The position numbers and the translations under genes were made by a program. A stretch of DNA of 64,000 nucleotides from Callorhinchus milii (Eukaryota). The notes beneath the pieces were generated by a model. That model saw nothing but the letters and a program-made list of their open reading frames with translations, was not told the origin of the DNA and made no database searches. Numbering within the stretch: position 1 is the first letter of the stretch; each line of letters opens with the position of its first letter. The stretch lies in assembly GCF_018977255.1 (NCBI RefSeq), contig NW_024704743.1, positions 5,706,001 to 5,770,000 on the forward strand, given 5' to 3'. Positions 50,401-63,112 of the stretch are shown here, piece by piece.

Positions 50401-53248
50401 ATTATTCTACAAAAAATATATAACTGGAAGAACGGGAGAAATGCAGATTACAAATCACAAAGTTGAAGCAAAGCAATTAGCAGGATTTCCTCTGCTGTGA
50501 CTTGACCAGCCCCTGCTCTCTGATTGTAGGGTAACTGAGAAGATTACAGAAAAAACTTAAAATGATATAACGGTAGTCCAGTTCAAAAGAAATGTGTACG
50601 TATGCAGTTGTGTACGTCACCGCGGCAGTGGGATACGATTATATCTCTACTTGTGACGCTGACTGTTCCTAGCTCCCGGCTTCTACGCTCCTTGGCTACT
50701 CTGTCAACCCTCACCAGCAGCCACAGAGCACAATGAGATGTGTTCTGGCTGTGGCTATTCTTTCTAAATTTATACAAATTGACTGCCTGCTCCCCGGAGT
50801 TATCTATAAATAGAATTCAATTGCAAGTTTTCTTTGAAGCACAAGTCACCTTGGAAAGGCACATAGATCCCTCTTGTGGCAGAAATGGGATATGGTCTCT
50901 ACAGACGAGATGTAGAACATAGAAAGGTAAACAATGTGCTTTATCCTTCTATGATTTCTGGAAGTGGTAGTCCTGCGAAATGTACATTGTGAGGGCAGAA
51001 AGCTGAGGATTAGATCTTTATAATAATAATAATAATGATAATAATCCTTGCATTTGATATAGCGCTTTTCACGTCGGGAGGACGTCCCAAAGCGCTTCAC
51101 AGAACACACTGCAAAGTGAATTGACTGTATGTTTGTGGGCGAACCCGGCAGCCAATTGTGCACAGCAATGTCCCACAAACAGTCGTAGATTGAAAATGAC
51201 CAATTTATTATTGTTTTTGGTTTTGGAGGGATTATTATTAGGCTCTGTGTGGAGTAAGGAAACTTGCCCAAGGTTTCGCCCTCTGCCTGGAATTGAACTC
51301 AGGTCTCTCGCTTGCAAAGCGAGTGCTCTAACCACTGAGCTACAGGACTCCACTTTTATACTTACTATCTCTTTAGTTATTTATTCATACCTGTGATCTT
51401 ACATACTCGATAATTGGCATCAACAAAACTTCTTTGCCCTTAAAGTTGTCCTAATCTGATGTGATGTTTGCTATTTTTTTACAAACTAGACACTTGTTTC
51501 CAGCCCAAAATGTATTGATCATGCGTTTATTACCCTGAAATCAACATGTAAGATTATCTTTCACCAATAATCTAGAGGATTTTTTTATGAATTGTCCATG
51601 TTAATCTACCTGGCTGCCCATCAAGGCTGTCGAGAGATCCATTTAGGAAACAACAACACTCAATTAAAAGCCAATAACAGTCACGTTCACCCACAAAATA
51701 TACAGTCAATTCATTTTACAGTATATTCTGTGAAGCGCTTTGAGACGTCTCAAAGACGTGATAAGGCACTATATCAAAAGCAAGGATTATTATTATTAAT
51801 TAAGAACCAATGTGGACTGGTTAGAACAGTTGAAAGGATACTGGGAATGGTATACAGGGTGTGGTTATTGGAACAGACTTGGTATGTGAGCAACACAGCA
51901 GTAGGTGGTGAGTATTTGGTACAAAGGCATCAGGTTCCCTGTCAGTTTGTAGACTTTTCCATATGAAGCACCAGGGACAGACTAGGGTTCATCCATTTGT
52001 TTACTATTGTAGTGAACATATCTTAAGATAGACCCAAGACTACCATTTTCTCTGACCATCCAGAAGTCTAATATTTGAGACAGTAATTCCCCTGACCAAT
52101 CGATGAATTTACATGTTACCATCGGGACAGTCTGAGATTTTTTGATAACAGACACAAAGCCACCCAAAATCCCAAATAAAATGTCAAAATTCTAATTGTT
52201 TTTAAAATATCCCAAAGTTTTTTAGTTTAGAATATATTGACTGTGCATGAGTGAAGCCAACCCATTTACTTCCTGTGTGCTGGCCAGTTCCCGCACTGAA
52301 GGAAAAATTGACAAACTCCAGGTGATAGGGTCACAACCAACATCACTTCTGTTTTCTGCCCGTGTACATCAAAGCAAGAAGTGGTGACACCGGTAAACCA
52401 ATGACCTGTTTGGCCATTTTGCTGTGCAAAGCCAGTAAATGTATGGAAGTGTTCATGCGCAGTGAATGGAGTCCACAGTATAATGGCGTTATAACTGAAA
52501 TTGCACTATAATGAAGCACATTATAATGGGGCTACACTGTGCAGAGGGATTTCCAACTGCAAGAAGATAGATACTCGAGTTAGCCTACAATCATCATGCA
52601 ACAGGCCCAAATATCGACCTGACCTGAGAGTGCTGCAAACTGAAATTGCATGGTCAAAGGAGCAGTTGTTTTCTGCCCCAGAATTAATATCCCTCATATT
52701 GACGCATTCTCAATTGGTAGCATTCTTATCTCTAGGTCAGAAGGTTGTGGGTTCAATTCCCACATTGGGACTTGGAATTTCGTATTGTCTAAGCTGACAC
52801 TCCAATGGAGTGCTGGGGATCTGCTGCGTTGTTGGAGGTGCCGTCCTTCGGATGAGATGTACAAGATCCCACGGCGCTATTCAAGAAGAGAAGGGAGTTT
52901 CTCCTGACGGCGTCCTGACAATTAGGGTCATGAGTAGCAGCCCACAAAATACACAGTCACTCCACTTTACAGTATATTCTGCGAAGCGCTTTGTAGTATC
53001 CTTCTGACCTGAAAGACGCTATACCAAATGTAAGGATTATTTATTATTATTATTATTATTAATAGTAAGCAGCCCCACATCAGATATTGTAATAATTTGG
53101 GGCTTCATTCTTATTGTTATATACTATCATACTTTGACATGATAATATATGGATGCAGCTTTTCAGTGCTTAAAATAATCATCTTTGTCGAACAGACAGT
53201 AATGTGCTCAGTGGGTAATATATTTTCTATGTTACAAATTATCCTCAG

Positions 53249-53361
53249 GTTCACATACGAGATCGCCCCAGTGTTTGTTCTGTTGGAGTACATCACCCTG
53301 AAGAAGATGAGGGCAATGATCGGCTGGCCAGGAGGATGTGGAGACGGAATATTCTCACCTG
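53249..53361 (+). CDS. GAD2: GAD2 exon 6, [37 protein letters not shown]
   Basis: tcctcag / G|gtatat; 113 nt. Confidence 0.97.
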
Positions 53362-55091
53362 GTATATGACCCTTCAAGGTCTCTCCGGGATTCCAAACTC
53401 TTTGTGCAGTTAAATTAACAAGGAAGTTAATTTAATCCGGGGAGGATGTATTATCTGGTCGCTCAGTCCAAAAGCAAATGGGCTTGATTCTTTTGGACAG
53501 CTAAAGCCTGAAATTCCATTTTATCTGTAAAGCTGTTTTGTCATCAATTTTAAGACTGTGCAGAAATGTGGTAAATTCTTAAATGCGGTCTTAATTTGGA
53601 AGTTGTTTCTTTTTAACAACTGCGGAAAACTGGCTTCCAAAATGCCCACCCTACTGTCTACTTTTCACAGCATCAAGCTGTTTTTTTTAAATAAGTCCAG
53701 GACCCTGGTCTAAGCCAGCCTTCATGGTTATCTAGTCATTAATTACCCTCTGGATACAGAAATACTTTTTGGTGTTTGTTCTAAAATTGCTCTTAGCAAT
53801 TCTAAACCTTTGTCCTCTTGTTCTGCTGCTTCAACAGATCTGAAAAGATTATTGTGAATTTACTTTCTCAATTCTCTTTAAAATCTCATATACCTCCAGA
53901 AGGTCCCTTCGCAGATGTCTCTTTTCAAGACTGAAGAGCCCAAGTTTGTCAAATAATTACTTGAACCTGATTCCTCTAACAGTGGAGATCATCTTCATTA
54001 CTTTCATTTGCATTGCCTCTGGGGCAGCCCCCTCATGCATTCGAGGCCAGAATTTGTGCAAATCCCCCAAATAAAGAAAATTGGTCACTCATTGCATGGC
54101 TGTTTGTGGGACATTGCTGTCAAATGGCTACCACATTTCACCCACAAAATTTACAGTATATCGTGTGAAGTTCTTTGAGACTCCTCGACAATGTGATAAG
54201 GGGCTATATCGAATGTAAGCATGATTATTATTATTCCCCCCAGTCAGTGTTATCTACAAATTGAACTATCTTCCACTGAGTCTGTGAATCAGGTCATATT
54301 ATAGGCAAAGGAGCAGCAGGGTTCCAGTATATCAATGACATCGGTTCCTGTAGGGGTCCAAACATAGAATAAATAATGAAGGATTACTGATGGTAAATGT
54401 TTAGTAAGAGGAGGGAAGAAGGTTTGCAGTTAAAAACACATCCACAGACATTAAGGTAAAATTTGCAGGTGTTTCTTCCTTGTACTAATTAATACAAGGA
54501 ATGGGAGATTACTGCAAATTTTAATCCTTTTATTGCGTCAACGTTGAATTGTTATCAGAACGATTCTTGATTTAATGACAGATTGGAGGTGGGGAGGACA
54601 GCTAAAACATCTGTCTTTTATGATCAAAAAGGAATCAATTTCCCAATATTGCAACGCATTATAATAGAGCTCAAAGATCAATGTCTGTTCTAATGATAGA
54701 ACCTCAAGATTGTGTGTTATAGTCGCACATTTTCTTTTTGAAGAGTATATGAGCTGCTATAGATTGAATTCATTTATTCCTGCAGTGCTTCTATTTAGGG
54801 AAGAAAATAATAAAAATTTGCACTAATTTTCAGTGTAATGAATTACAAAGAAAATATTTGCAGTGTCCAATACTCTTTTGATCTATTTGGGTTGCATTTG
54901 CTGGTGTAAATGCAGCTAATGACAAATTATTCTTATTTTTATCACATTTTATATCATGGAAAAATCAAACGTTTGCTGCCTTCAGAGAATTATGTTGAAC
55001 AAATGCCTGTCCTGGATTGAACAGTTTGCTGTCCGCTTTATTTATTAACAAACACAATAAATAATAAAAAAAACTTACACTTGATCTATCA

Positions 55092-55575
55092 CCTTAGCCA
55101 GGCAGGTCCATAGTATTCCAGGGCACTGCTGATGACAGCACAGTCAGCATAGCTTATCGGCAGGATCTGGAAAGGCAGACCAGTCACTGGGGCAGGAATC
55201 CTCCCATTCATTCATGTTAACCCTACAAGCCAAAGCCCTAACAGGTATAGTGTTCCTAGCTGGACAAGCAGTGGGAGAGCTTGCCAGACTGCGATATCGA
55301 TGGCAAGCTATGTGGTTTTAGCTGGTCAAACTCAAGCATAACCCCAACACATACCCTGGGGTCCCCAAGACTTGGCTCTCGCCAAACTGCGCCTAATACT
55401 GTCCAAAATTAGCGAAGTAGGATGCGTTTCTAAAGGGAGAGAGTGCACATTCCATTCCAACAATCTATCTCTGGGATTTGCACGTGTAGGTTGGATGTAT
55501 GAAATTCTCAGTTTGGTTTAGAAACTCTTAAGCATAGTGATGTGTTTCCACATGTGTTAGACACTTGGCTGACTC
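55092..55575. repeat. Most complete copy of an unclassified ~480-bp dispersed element
   Basis: Aligns by eye with 1-60, 13160-14405, ~20340-20445, 21010-21072, 21597-21812, 22265-22315, 22445-22625 and 32150-33285. Confidence 0.8.
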
Positions 55576-55904
55576 CCTCCAAAAATCTCTCCCTTGTACA
55601 TCAAGAGCACACCTCAAAGCATTTCATTGGATAATAATAATAATAAAAATAATAATAATAATAGTAATAGTAATCCTTGCATTTCATATAGTGCCTTATT
55701 ACATCTTAGAAACATATCAAAGTGCTTCATAGAATATACTGTAAAGTGAATTGACTGTATATTTTGTGGGCGATATATAAAGTGTAATAACACTGCATCT
55801 TGGAGGAAAATAGAGGCAAATTTAGTCCATGTAATCCCATATAACCCTAGAAATTTACAACACAGAAGGCCATTCAACTCGTCATTCAACCCGAACCATC
55901 TCAT

Positions 55905-56374
55905 GCAGTGTTCCTCAGGGCTCTGTCCTGGGTCCCCTTCTCTTCAATATCTATATGCTCCTTCTTGGTGACATCATCCGCAGACATGGGGTCAACTTCC
56001 ACATGTATGCGGATGACACCCAACTCTACCTCTCTGCCTCCACCCTTGACTCCAGGACCACTGCTGTCCTGACTGAATGTCTGTCGGACATCAAGTCCTG
56101 GATGAGAACTAACTTTCTTCAGTTGAACGTCAACAAGACTGAGGCCCTCCCGATTGGCTCCCGTCAGCGCCTCCTCACCTCAGGCGCTGACAGCATCACC
56201 ATCCATGGTTGCACACTCCACCTTGCTAAGCCAGTCCGGAATCTTGGGGTCTTGTTTGACCCTCAACTATCATTTCTACCCCACATCTGCGCCATGACCC
56301 GCTCTGCCTTCCCCCACTTCCGCAATGTTGCCCGGCTCCACCACTGTCAAGTGTAATTTTGTTGTTGTTGTTGT
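55905..56374 (+). mobile_element. L2 reverse-transcriptase fragment with open PQGSVLGP...YADD region
   Basis: ORF 55955-56356 [17 protein letters not shown]...LQLNVNKTE, joined directly to a (TTG)n tail; similar piece at 10825-11090. Confidence 0.9.
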
Positions 56375-57198
56375 CATGTCTGTACTGTCTCTTTGAAAGA
56401 TGAATCCATTCAGTTCTGTTTTCCTGCTTTTTCCCTATACACCTGCAAATTATTCCTTTTCAGACATCTAAACATAAATTTCTATAGTTCTATATATCTA
56501 ATCCTCTCTTGAAAGCTGATATGAATTATGCCTCAATCATCGCACCCAGCAAGGCATTCCACATCTTAACTCTCTGTGTAAAAGAAAATCCTTGCAACAT
56601 CCCTCTTTGCTTCTTTGCTAATTGTCTTAAATATAGTGTACTCTGGAATCCTTCCTAAAGTGGGATGACCAAAACAACACAATACTCAAATTGGGATCCA
56701 CCTAATGAAGGTTAAGCATCATCTCTGTAGTTTTATATTCTTATTAAATGTGGGGATTGCAATTGATGATTTCTTCATAGCTTTGATCATCCACCTTCCC
56801 ACCTTTCAAGATTCTTCCAGAAATCCAATCCTTCAATCTTGCCAACACATTACCAATCAGTTCTTAAATATATCCATTGTCTTGGTCTCGATCATCCTTC
56901 TCGTACAGATGTTGCATTATATCTGTATACAGAAATGCTTCCTGTGCTGTGAGTGTCACTTCTTATCCTGCTGCCTTGGTATATCTGAGAATATTGTTCC
57001 AGGTTTACGTTCTCTCTTCCATTAAGAAATAAGGTAATGGAACCGTGGCCTAGAACCAAAGGTTAAAGCACCGTGGTTGACATTTTCCATTGTCAGTATT
57101 TTCTACTTGTCGGTGATATGTGCAAGACAAGAGTTGTTTTAACACACTGTCTCTTCTTACTTACTGTGCAAGCTGACAGTAATTGTGTTCTCCTCCAG

Positions 57199-57314
57199 GT
57201 GGGGCCATATCAAACATGTACGCCATGCTGATTGCACGCTACAAGCTGTTTCCTGAAGTTAAAGAGAAGGGAATGGCAGCCATCCCCAAGCTGATTGCCT
57301 TCACGTCTGAACAT
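57199..57314 (+). CDS. GAD2: GAD2 exon 7, [39 protein letters not shown]
   Basis: cctccag / CAT|gtatgt; 116 nt. Confidence 0.97.
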
Positions 57315-57655
57315 GTATGTCTTTTTTTGATTACGAATGTTAAAACCTTATCCAACATCAGCATCTGTTCAAGATGCTTACAATGGAAGTCTCTTAAAAC
57401 GCCTGACAAATAAGCCATCTTTGTTAGGAACATTGCTCATGACGGTAAAGCTGAACTTTGTTCTTTGAATGTTTGCTAGTACTCTAATAAACATATGACA
57501 GTAAAGATTAACTAGTGAAGGGAATCAACAACCTAGATTTTCCCCTTAACAAGGATTATGTTAAGATACTATATCAAATATAAGGAATATTATTAATATT
57601 GTTATAATACACGGATTATTATCATATAAGTCTTTTGATGTGTCGTTATTTGCAG

Positions 57656-57735
57656 AGCCACTTTTCAATAAAGAAATCAGCTGCAGCCTTGGGGATTGGT
57701 ATGGACGGAGTGGTTCTGATCAAGTGCGATGTAAG
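57656..57735 (+). CDS. GAD2: GAD2 exon 8, [26 protein letters not shown](R)
   Basis: tttgcag / AG|gtagat; 80 nt; SHFS (Phe) is the GAD65-type residue. Confidence 0.95.
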
Positions 57736-58494
57736 GTAGATCACATTATCATCAAAGCAAACTGTGCTACATGCAGCGTGGACCATTCGCCAGACAATAA
57801 GAGGATGCCTCTTCTTACAGTCTTGTGAAAAGGGACTACTGGTGGACAGTCTGCCTATATGTGCCTGTGACACTGGCACTTAGCAGCTAACAGACAGCCC
57901 AGAGCTAACACACTGCGGGCAGCAGCAAGCTTCAAAATGGTCATTGTATGTAGGTCTGAACGTTTTAATAGAGCACTTAGACCACTTAGTAGGGAGAAGT
58001 CCATCAAGGAACCAGAACTAGCTCTCATGGCTAGGACAAGGCCAGCTTCTATCAGAGTACTGTAGTCTCTGAATGGGGAAGAATGGTGAGCTTATTAGTG
58101 TACCTATATGTTCTTCCACAGAACCTGGTCCTATACACTTCCCCAAGTCCCAGCACTATTAGACATTGGGAATAAGGAGTATCATATACCTGCCAGGTTT
58201 AACACAAGCAGTAATATTCAGTTAGCTTCTGACAGTGAATCAGAATTCTCTCCCTCAATCTTTGATCATTTGTTCAAAGCTGCTCCTCCCCAATTCAGGG
58301 TAGAAGGTTTCCCCATTGACTGTAACTGGGAGAAGTCCCCTGTGGCTTCTCCCAATCCTGCATGATTGATATAAGGGAATGTTGCACTCAAGGTGCTGCT
58401 GAGCAGTGAAGTCAAGCCAGAGATGGACGAGAGGTGCAATTCGGTCACACCTCCATTGGTAAACATGCTTGAATGTACCTTTCTATACTTGCAG

Positions 58495-58549
58495 AGGAAG
58501 AATAATTCCATCTGACCTTGAGAGAAGAATACTTGAAGTCAGACAGAAG
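58495..58549 (+). CDS. GAD2: GAD2 exon 9, GRIIPSDLERRILEVRQK
   Basis: cttgcag / AAG|gttggt; 55 nt. Confidence 0.95.
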
Positions 58550-59133
58550 GTTGGTTCATTTCTGAACTTGGTCCAGCCCTGGACAATAAGCTGGACAGTA
58601 AATCTAAGGATTTACCCACCCGCTCTGAACTCCATATCCTCATCACACCAGTCCTCGCCAGGCCCCACTGGCTCCCTATGACAAAATGAATCGATTACAA
58701 GATCCTCATACTCGTCTACAAATCTCTTCATGCCCTGGCACCTCCCTACCTCTCCGTCCCGCCAAGGAGACATTCCATTCCACGGGAAAGTCTGGGAATA
58801 TTCACGTTAAAAAAATTGGTTTGGGAATTGATAATCAACCTTTAATAGTTGAGCTAAGCTGGTGTTCCCTGAAACGCTGGGATCAGCTCAGCAGCCAAAG
58901 TAACAGAAGTGACTTGCTCTGTAACTGCAGAAACTGCATTGGGTGAAACCATTTTAGCAAAGTCCCCGACAGCAGTTAGCAATGGGAGATCTCCCACAGT
59001 GTGATATCTATCACATCAAATGCCACAATCATACACTTTATTACATCACAGAGTGAAACCAATTTGACAACAAAAAAAACATCTTGGAATTTGTCTTCAA
59101 TGCTTCATTTCAATGCTTTCTCATTCTGCGCAG

Positions 59134-59250
59134 GGGTTTGTGCCATTCTATGTAAGTGCCACAGCTGGAACCACAGTCTACGGAGCCTTTGACCCTCTTG
59201 TAGCCATCGCTGATATTTGTAAAAAGTACAATATCTGGATGCACGTCGAT
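59134..59250 (+). CDS. GAD2: GAD2 exon 10, [39 protein letters not shown]
   Basis: tgcgcag / GAT|gtaagt; 117 nt. Confidence 0.97.
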
Positions 59251-60031
59251 GTAAGTGAAACATATTGTAAGTGGGCGGGAAGGGTGGTTCTTAGACAAAC
59301 AATGTCTACAGCCAGACATTTTGTTTAAATAAGATTTTTTATTTTCTTCAACACTCTTCTACGGTGGGAATCACCAAGAGTAGAGTCATAAGCCTTCTTG
59401 TTCGCTCCTCAAATAGAGAGTGATTCCATGCCAACTACAGATGACCCCTTTTTTCTTCTCCCCCCAAATTATCTAATGGCAGGGAGATCCCTGAGCCTGT
59501 CCATTTCAGCAGGGATGTTCCTTCAGCAATCCCTTTAATATCATCTTGTACCAATCTGGTTTAGTTGATAGCAGCTTGTGGTGTCAAGCACCAAATCGGG
59601 ACTTTGAGCTCATAGTCTAAGCTGGGAGGTGCTGCATTGTCTAAGGTGCCTTACTTTAGATGAGACTTTAAACCGAGGCTGTGTTTACCTGTTCAGGTGA
59701 GGTTTAAAGATCCCATAACACGAATCAAAAACAAAAAGGTGTTTCTCCCAGACTCCTGACTAACAATCTCGCAGATAAAGTTCACTTTGTATCTGTTTGC
59801 GGGACATTCCTTACACAAATTGGCTGCTGGGTTCACCTACAAAATACACAGTCACCACACTTTACGGTAAATCATTCATTGCGTTTGGAGACACCTACTG
59901 ATGTGAAAGCACTATAGAAAATGCAACCATTGTTATTATGAATATCTTCAGCTATGTGTATTTCTGCCTGGTGTTATGTCAGCAAATACCAGAAACAGTG
60001 ATTCTCCCAAAATATTCTTTTATTGCTGCAG

Positions 60032-60096
60032 GCAGCGTGGGGTGGTGGCCTGCTTATGTCTAGAAAACATCGCTGGAAACTAAATGGAGTTGAGAG
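60032..60096 (+). CDS. GAD2: GAD2 exon 11, [21 protein letters not shown](R)
   Basis: gctgcag / AG|gtaaaa; 65 nt. Confidence 0.96.
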
Positions 60097-60311
60097 GTAA
60101 AAGGTTTACCTTTTGGTAACCAGAAATCATCAAGCCAGCCTGTGGGAGCTCTGCTCCAATGCATTCTATTTCCAAAGTGGACTTCCTGTATGCTAACAGT
60201 GACTCTAATCATATTCTTTACTAAATTATCACCCTAAAGTACCAGACATTGCATTCAGATCATCTCATGAGCTGTGAAATTCATTTTAAAATCTTGATGT
60301 TTGTGTTTCAG

Positions 60312-60390
60312 GGCCTGTTCTGTCACCTGGAATCCACACAAAATGATGGGGGTTCCTCTTCAGTGTTCTGCTTTGCTTGTCAGAGAAGAG
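60312..60390 (+). CDS. GAD2: GAD2 exon 12, [26 protein letters not shown], with the PLP-binding Lys (AAA 60340-60342)
   Basis: gtttcag / GAG|gtaccg; 79 nt; NPHK motif. Confidence 0.97.
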
Positions 60391-60728
60391 GTACCGGCTG
60401 TTTTTACGAAATCACTGACTGTGAATCGTTAATAGGGTCACGGGGTTTGAAGGTACTCAGGGCATACAGACCGAAGCTACCAAGTGGTAGTTGACATAAG
60501 GCAACGGGCCAGTGGGAGCATCTCAATTAGTCTCAACGTTTCTCAGATAGTGAGAGGAAAATTACCAATTGTTTAAATACAGTCAGTTGGGCCACAAGGC
60601 ATCAAGTGACATTGAGGTGATAGAATATAAGAAAATCATACAAAGCAAATTTAACCTCGAACTATGTAGTCTAAAGGCCTTGGATTGAGTGCAACAAGAG
60701 AATCACAATAACTTTGCAGAGGACGCTA

Positions 60729-61195
60729 GTGGTATTTGCAGTGTGTAGTTGTATTGACATTGTGCAGAGGTATTTGCAGTGTACAGTGGTATTTGCAGTG
60801 TACAGTGGTATTTGCAGTGTGTAGTGGTATTTGCAGTGAACAGTGGTATTTGCAGTGCACAGTGGTATTTGCAGTGTGTAGTGGTATTTGCAGTGCATAG
60901 TGGTATTTGCAGTATACAGTGGTATTTGCAGTGTGTAGTGGTATTTGCAGTGTGTGGTGGTATTTGCAATGTATGGTGGTATTTGCAGTCTGTAGTGGTA
61001 TTTGCAGTGTGTAGTGGTATTTGCAGTGCATAGTGGTATTTGCAGTATACAGTGGTATTTGCAGTGTGTGGTGGTATTTGCAGTATATAGTGTTATTTGC
61101 AGTGTACAGTGGTATTTGCAGTGTGTAGTGGTATTTGCAGTATATAGTGTTATTTGCAGTGTACAGTGGCATTTGCAGTGTGTAGTGGTATTTGA
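60729..61195. repeat. 19-bp minisatellite (GTGGTATTTGCAGTGTGTA)n, ~24 copies
   Basis: Directly visible; the 19-aa periodicity in the overlapping ORFs fits a 19-bp unit. Confidence 0.95.
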
Positions 61196-61332
61196 TGAAT
61201 GCAGTGTGTAATCCTATTTGTGCATATGTTTATGACATTCAGAAGAATGTAGTGTTTTATTTGAAATCAGAGTGTTTTTCAGCCTTTCTATCAATATGAC
61301 AAATTGAACATTCTTCATTGCACATGATCCAG

Positions 61333-61482
61333 GGCTTGTTGCAGAGCTGCAACCAGATGAACGCCTGTTACCTCTTTCAAACTGACAAGCAATATGATCT
61401 TTCCTACGACACTGGGGACAAAGCCTTACAGTGTGGCCGTCATGTGGATATCTTTAAACTCTGGCTGATGTGGAGAGCTAAG
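61333..61482 (+). CDS. GAD2: GAD2 exon 13, [50 protein letters not shown]
   Basis: atccag / AAG|gtacat; 150 nt; catalytic-loop Tyr present. Confidence 0.97.
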
Positions 61483-61832
61483 GTACATTTTGTAGTCACT
61501 GTTGACCAAACCTCTGTCCGATTCCAATGGTATTACCAGAAGGGAGCACATATTCACTGTAGTCATTAAAAATTGCAAAAAGTTTAGTTTCCAGGCCACT
61601 ATTTCCTTAAAACTTTGAAGAAGGATTAAACTATCATTAAAGTTGTAAGAAAATCATAGCCCAGAAACTGCAACTTTTTGTTATGTGATGATTAATTACA
61701 GAATAAATTGCACCTGTATGTGTTTGTACACCGTTAGCTTTTAGCCCAACTCGCAATTTAGACTCAAGTATATATGTTTACCTCAGAACTGAGCAAAAGC
61801 AAACTGAATGTAGCATTTTATTATTCCTGCAG

Positions 61833-61940
61833 GGCACAATGGGATTTGAAGCCCAAATTGACAAGTGTCTGGATCTTGCTGAATACCTGTACAATAAAAT
61901 AAAAGACAGAGAAGGATTTGAAATGGTGTTTGACGGAAAG
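61833..61940 (+). CDS. GAD2: GAD2 exon 14, GTMGFEAQIDKCLDLAEYLYNKIKDREGFEMVFDGK
   Basis: cctgcag / AAG|gtattg; 108 nt. Confidence 0.97.
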
Positions 61941-63112
61941 GTATTGTAATTTCAAACAATTCCAGGAATCCCTCAAACAAAATTGTCGTTCGTTTCATGG
62001 CTGCTTGTGGGGACATTTCTGTGCATCATGAGGCTGCTGCATTCTTCCACAAATACACTTCACATTAAATCCTGTGAAGCGCTTTGTGGTGATGTGAAAG
62101 GCGCTAAACCACATGGAAGAATTATTATTATTATTATTATTATTATATTATTATTATGTCCTTTGTGATTTGCTGAGCTGGGGAAATAGCATAATATTTT
62201 GCAGGTTTAACACCACAACTTTCTCAAGGCATGACATGAAAAGCTTTTTTTTAATTCTATTCGGCAGGAAATATTAGAGTGAAAAATGTGACACTCAATA
62301 TAATAGTTATCGTTATAATAAATATCAGATTGACAAATTTAACCTTCTACACGCATCCCCAACTTCCCCACATTAAGAGCCTTTATTTTGTGCCACTTCA
62401 GCATAACCTTGGGAATTTCCAGTACGGGCTACTGCAATGTGCTTTTGAGACATTTTTCCTAAGTGAAAGATGCTGTTGGCATTGTCGTAATAACAGAACT
62501 CCTGATTAATACTGATAAAAGGTCTCTATTGTAGAAGCTATTGAAATAATTGTGGAATAAATACATTACAGTCAGAAATATTTATGTATGACTGCTATTC
62601 ATAGAATCATAGAATTATAAAGCAAGGGCATTCAGCACATTGTGCCCGTGCCAGCTCTTTGAAAGAGCTATCCAAATTAATCACATCCCCCTGTTCTCTC
62701 CCCGCAGCCTTGCAAATTTGTCCTCCCGAAATATCTATCCATTTCTTTCTTGAAAGTTGTTATAGAATCTGCTTCCACCGCCCCTTCAGGCAGTGCATTC
62801 CAGATCTGAACAACTCGCTGTGTGAAAACATTTCTCCTCATCTCCCCTCTGGTTCTTTCGACGATTATCTTAAATCTGTGTCTTTCTAGTTACCGACCCA
62901 CCCGCCAGTGGAAACAGTTTCTCCCGTTCACTTTATCAAATCCCCTTCATAATTTTGAATTAAATACCTCTACTAAATCTCCCCTTAACCTTCTGTGCTC
63001 CAAGGAGAGCAATCCTAGCTTCTCTAGTCTTTATTCACTTGATTCTGACAAGTAAATCTTCCATCCATTCTTTCCTGCTAAAATATATATTTTTTCAATT
63101 CTGCCTGTTCAG

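Noticed and set aside
55129..55190. Hammerhead-like CTGATGA...GAAA in the unclassified element
   Set aside because: Core not conserved in sister copies (TTGATGA...GAAG at ~32187; TTAATGT in the 14360 copy) and no convincing stems I or III; an Infernal search would settle it
55955..56356. Standalone reverse-transcriptase gene
   Set aside because: Short internal L2 fragment lacking the upstream RT motifs and endonuclease; not autonomous
59149..59157. Perfect-looking donor TAT|GTAAGT inside exon 10
   Set aside because: Arises from conserved Val-Ser codons; it would leave an 18-nt exon and there is no evidence of use
60671..61211. Periodic ORFs and a CRISPR-like appearance
   Set aside because: Head-to-tail 19-bp minisatellite with no unique spacers and no cas genes, inside a vertebrate intron
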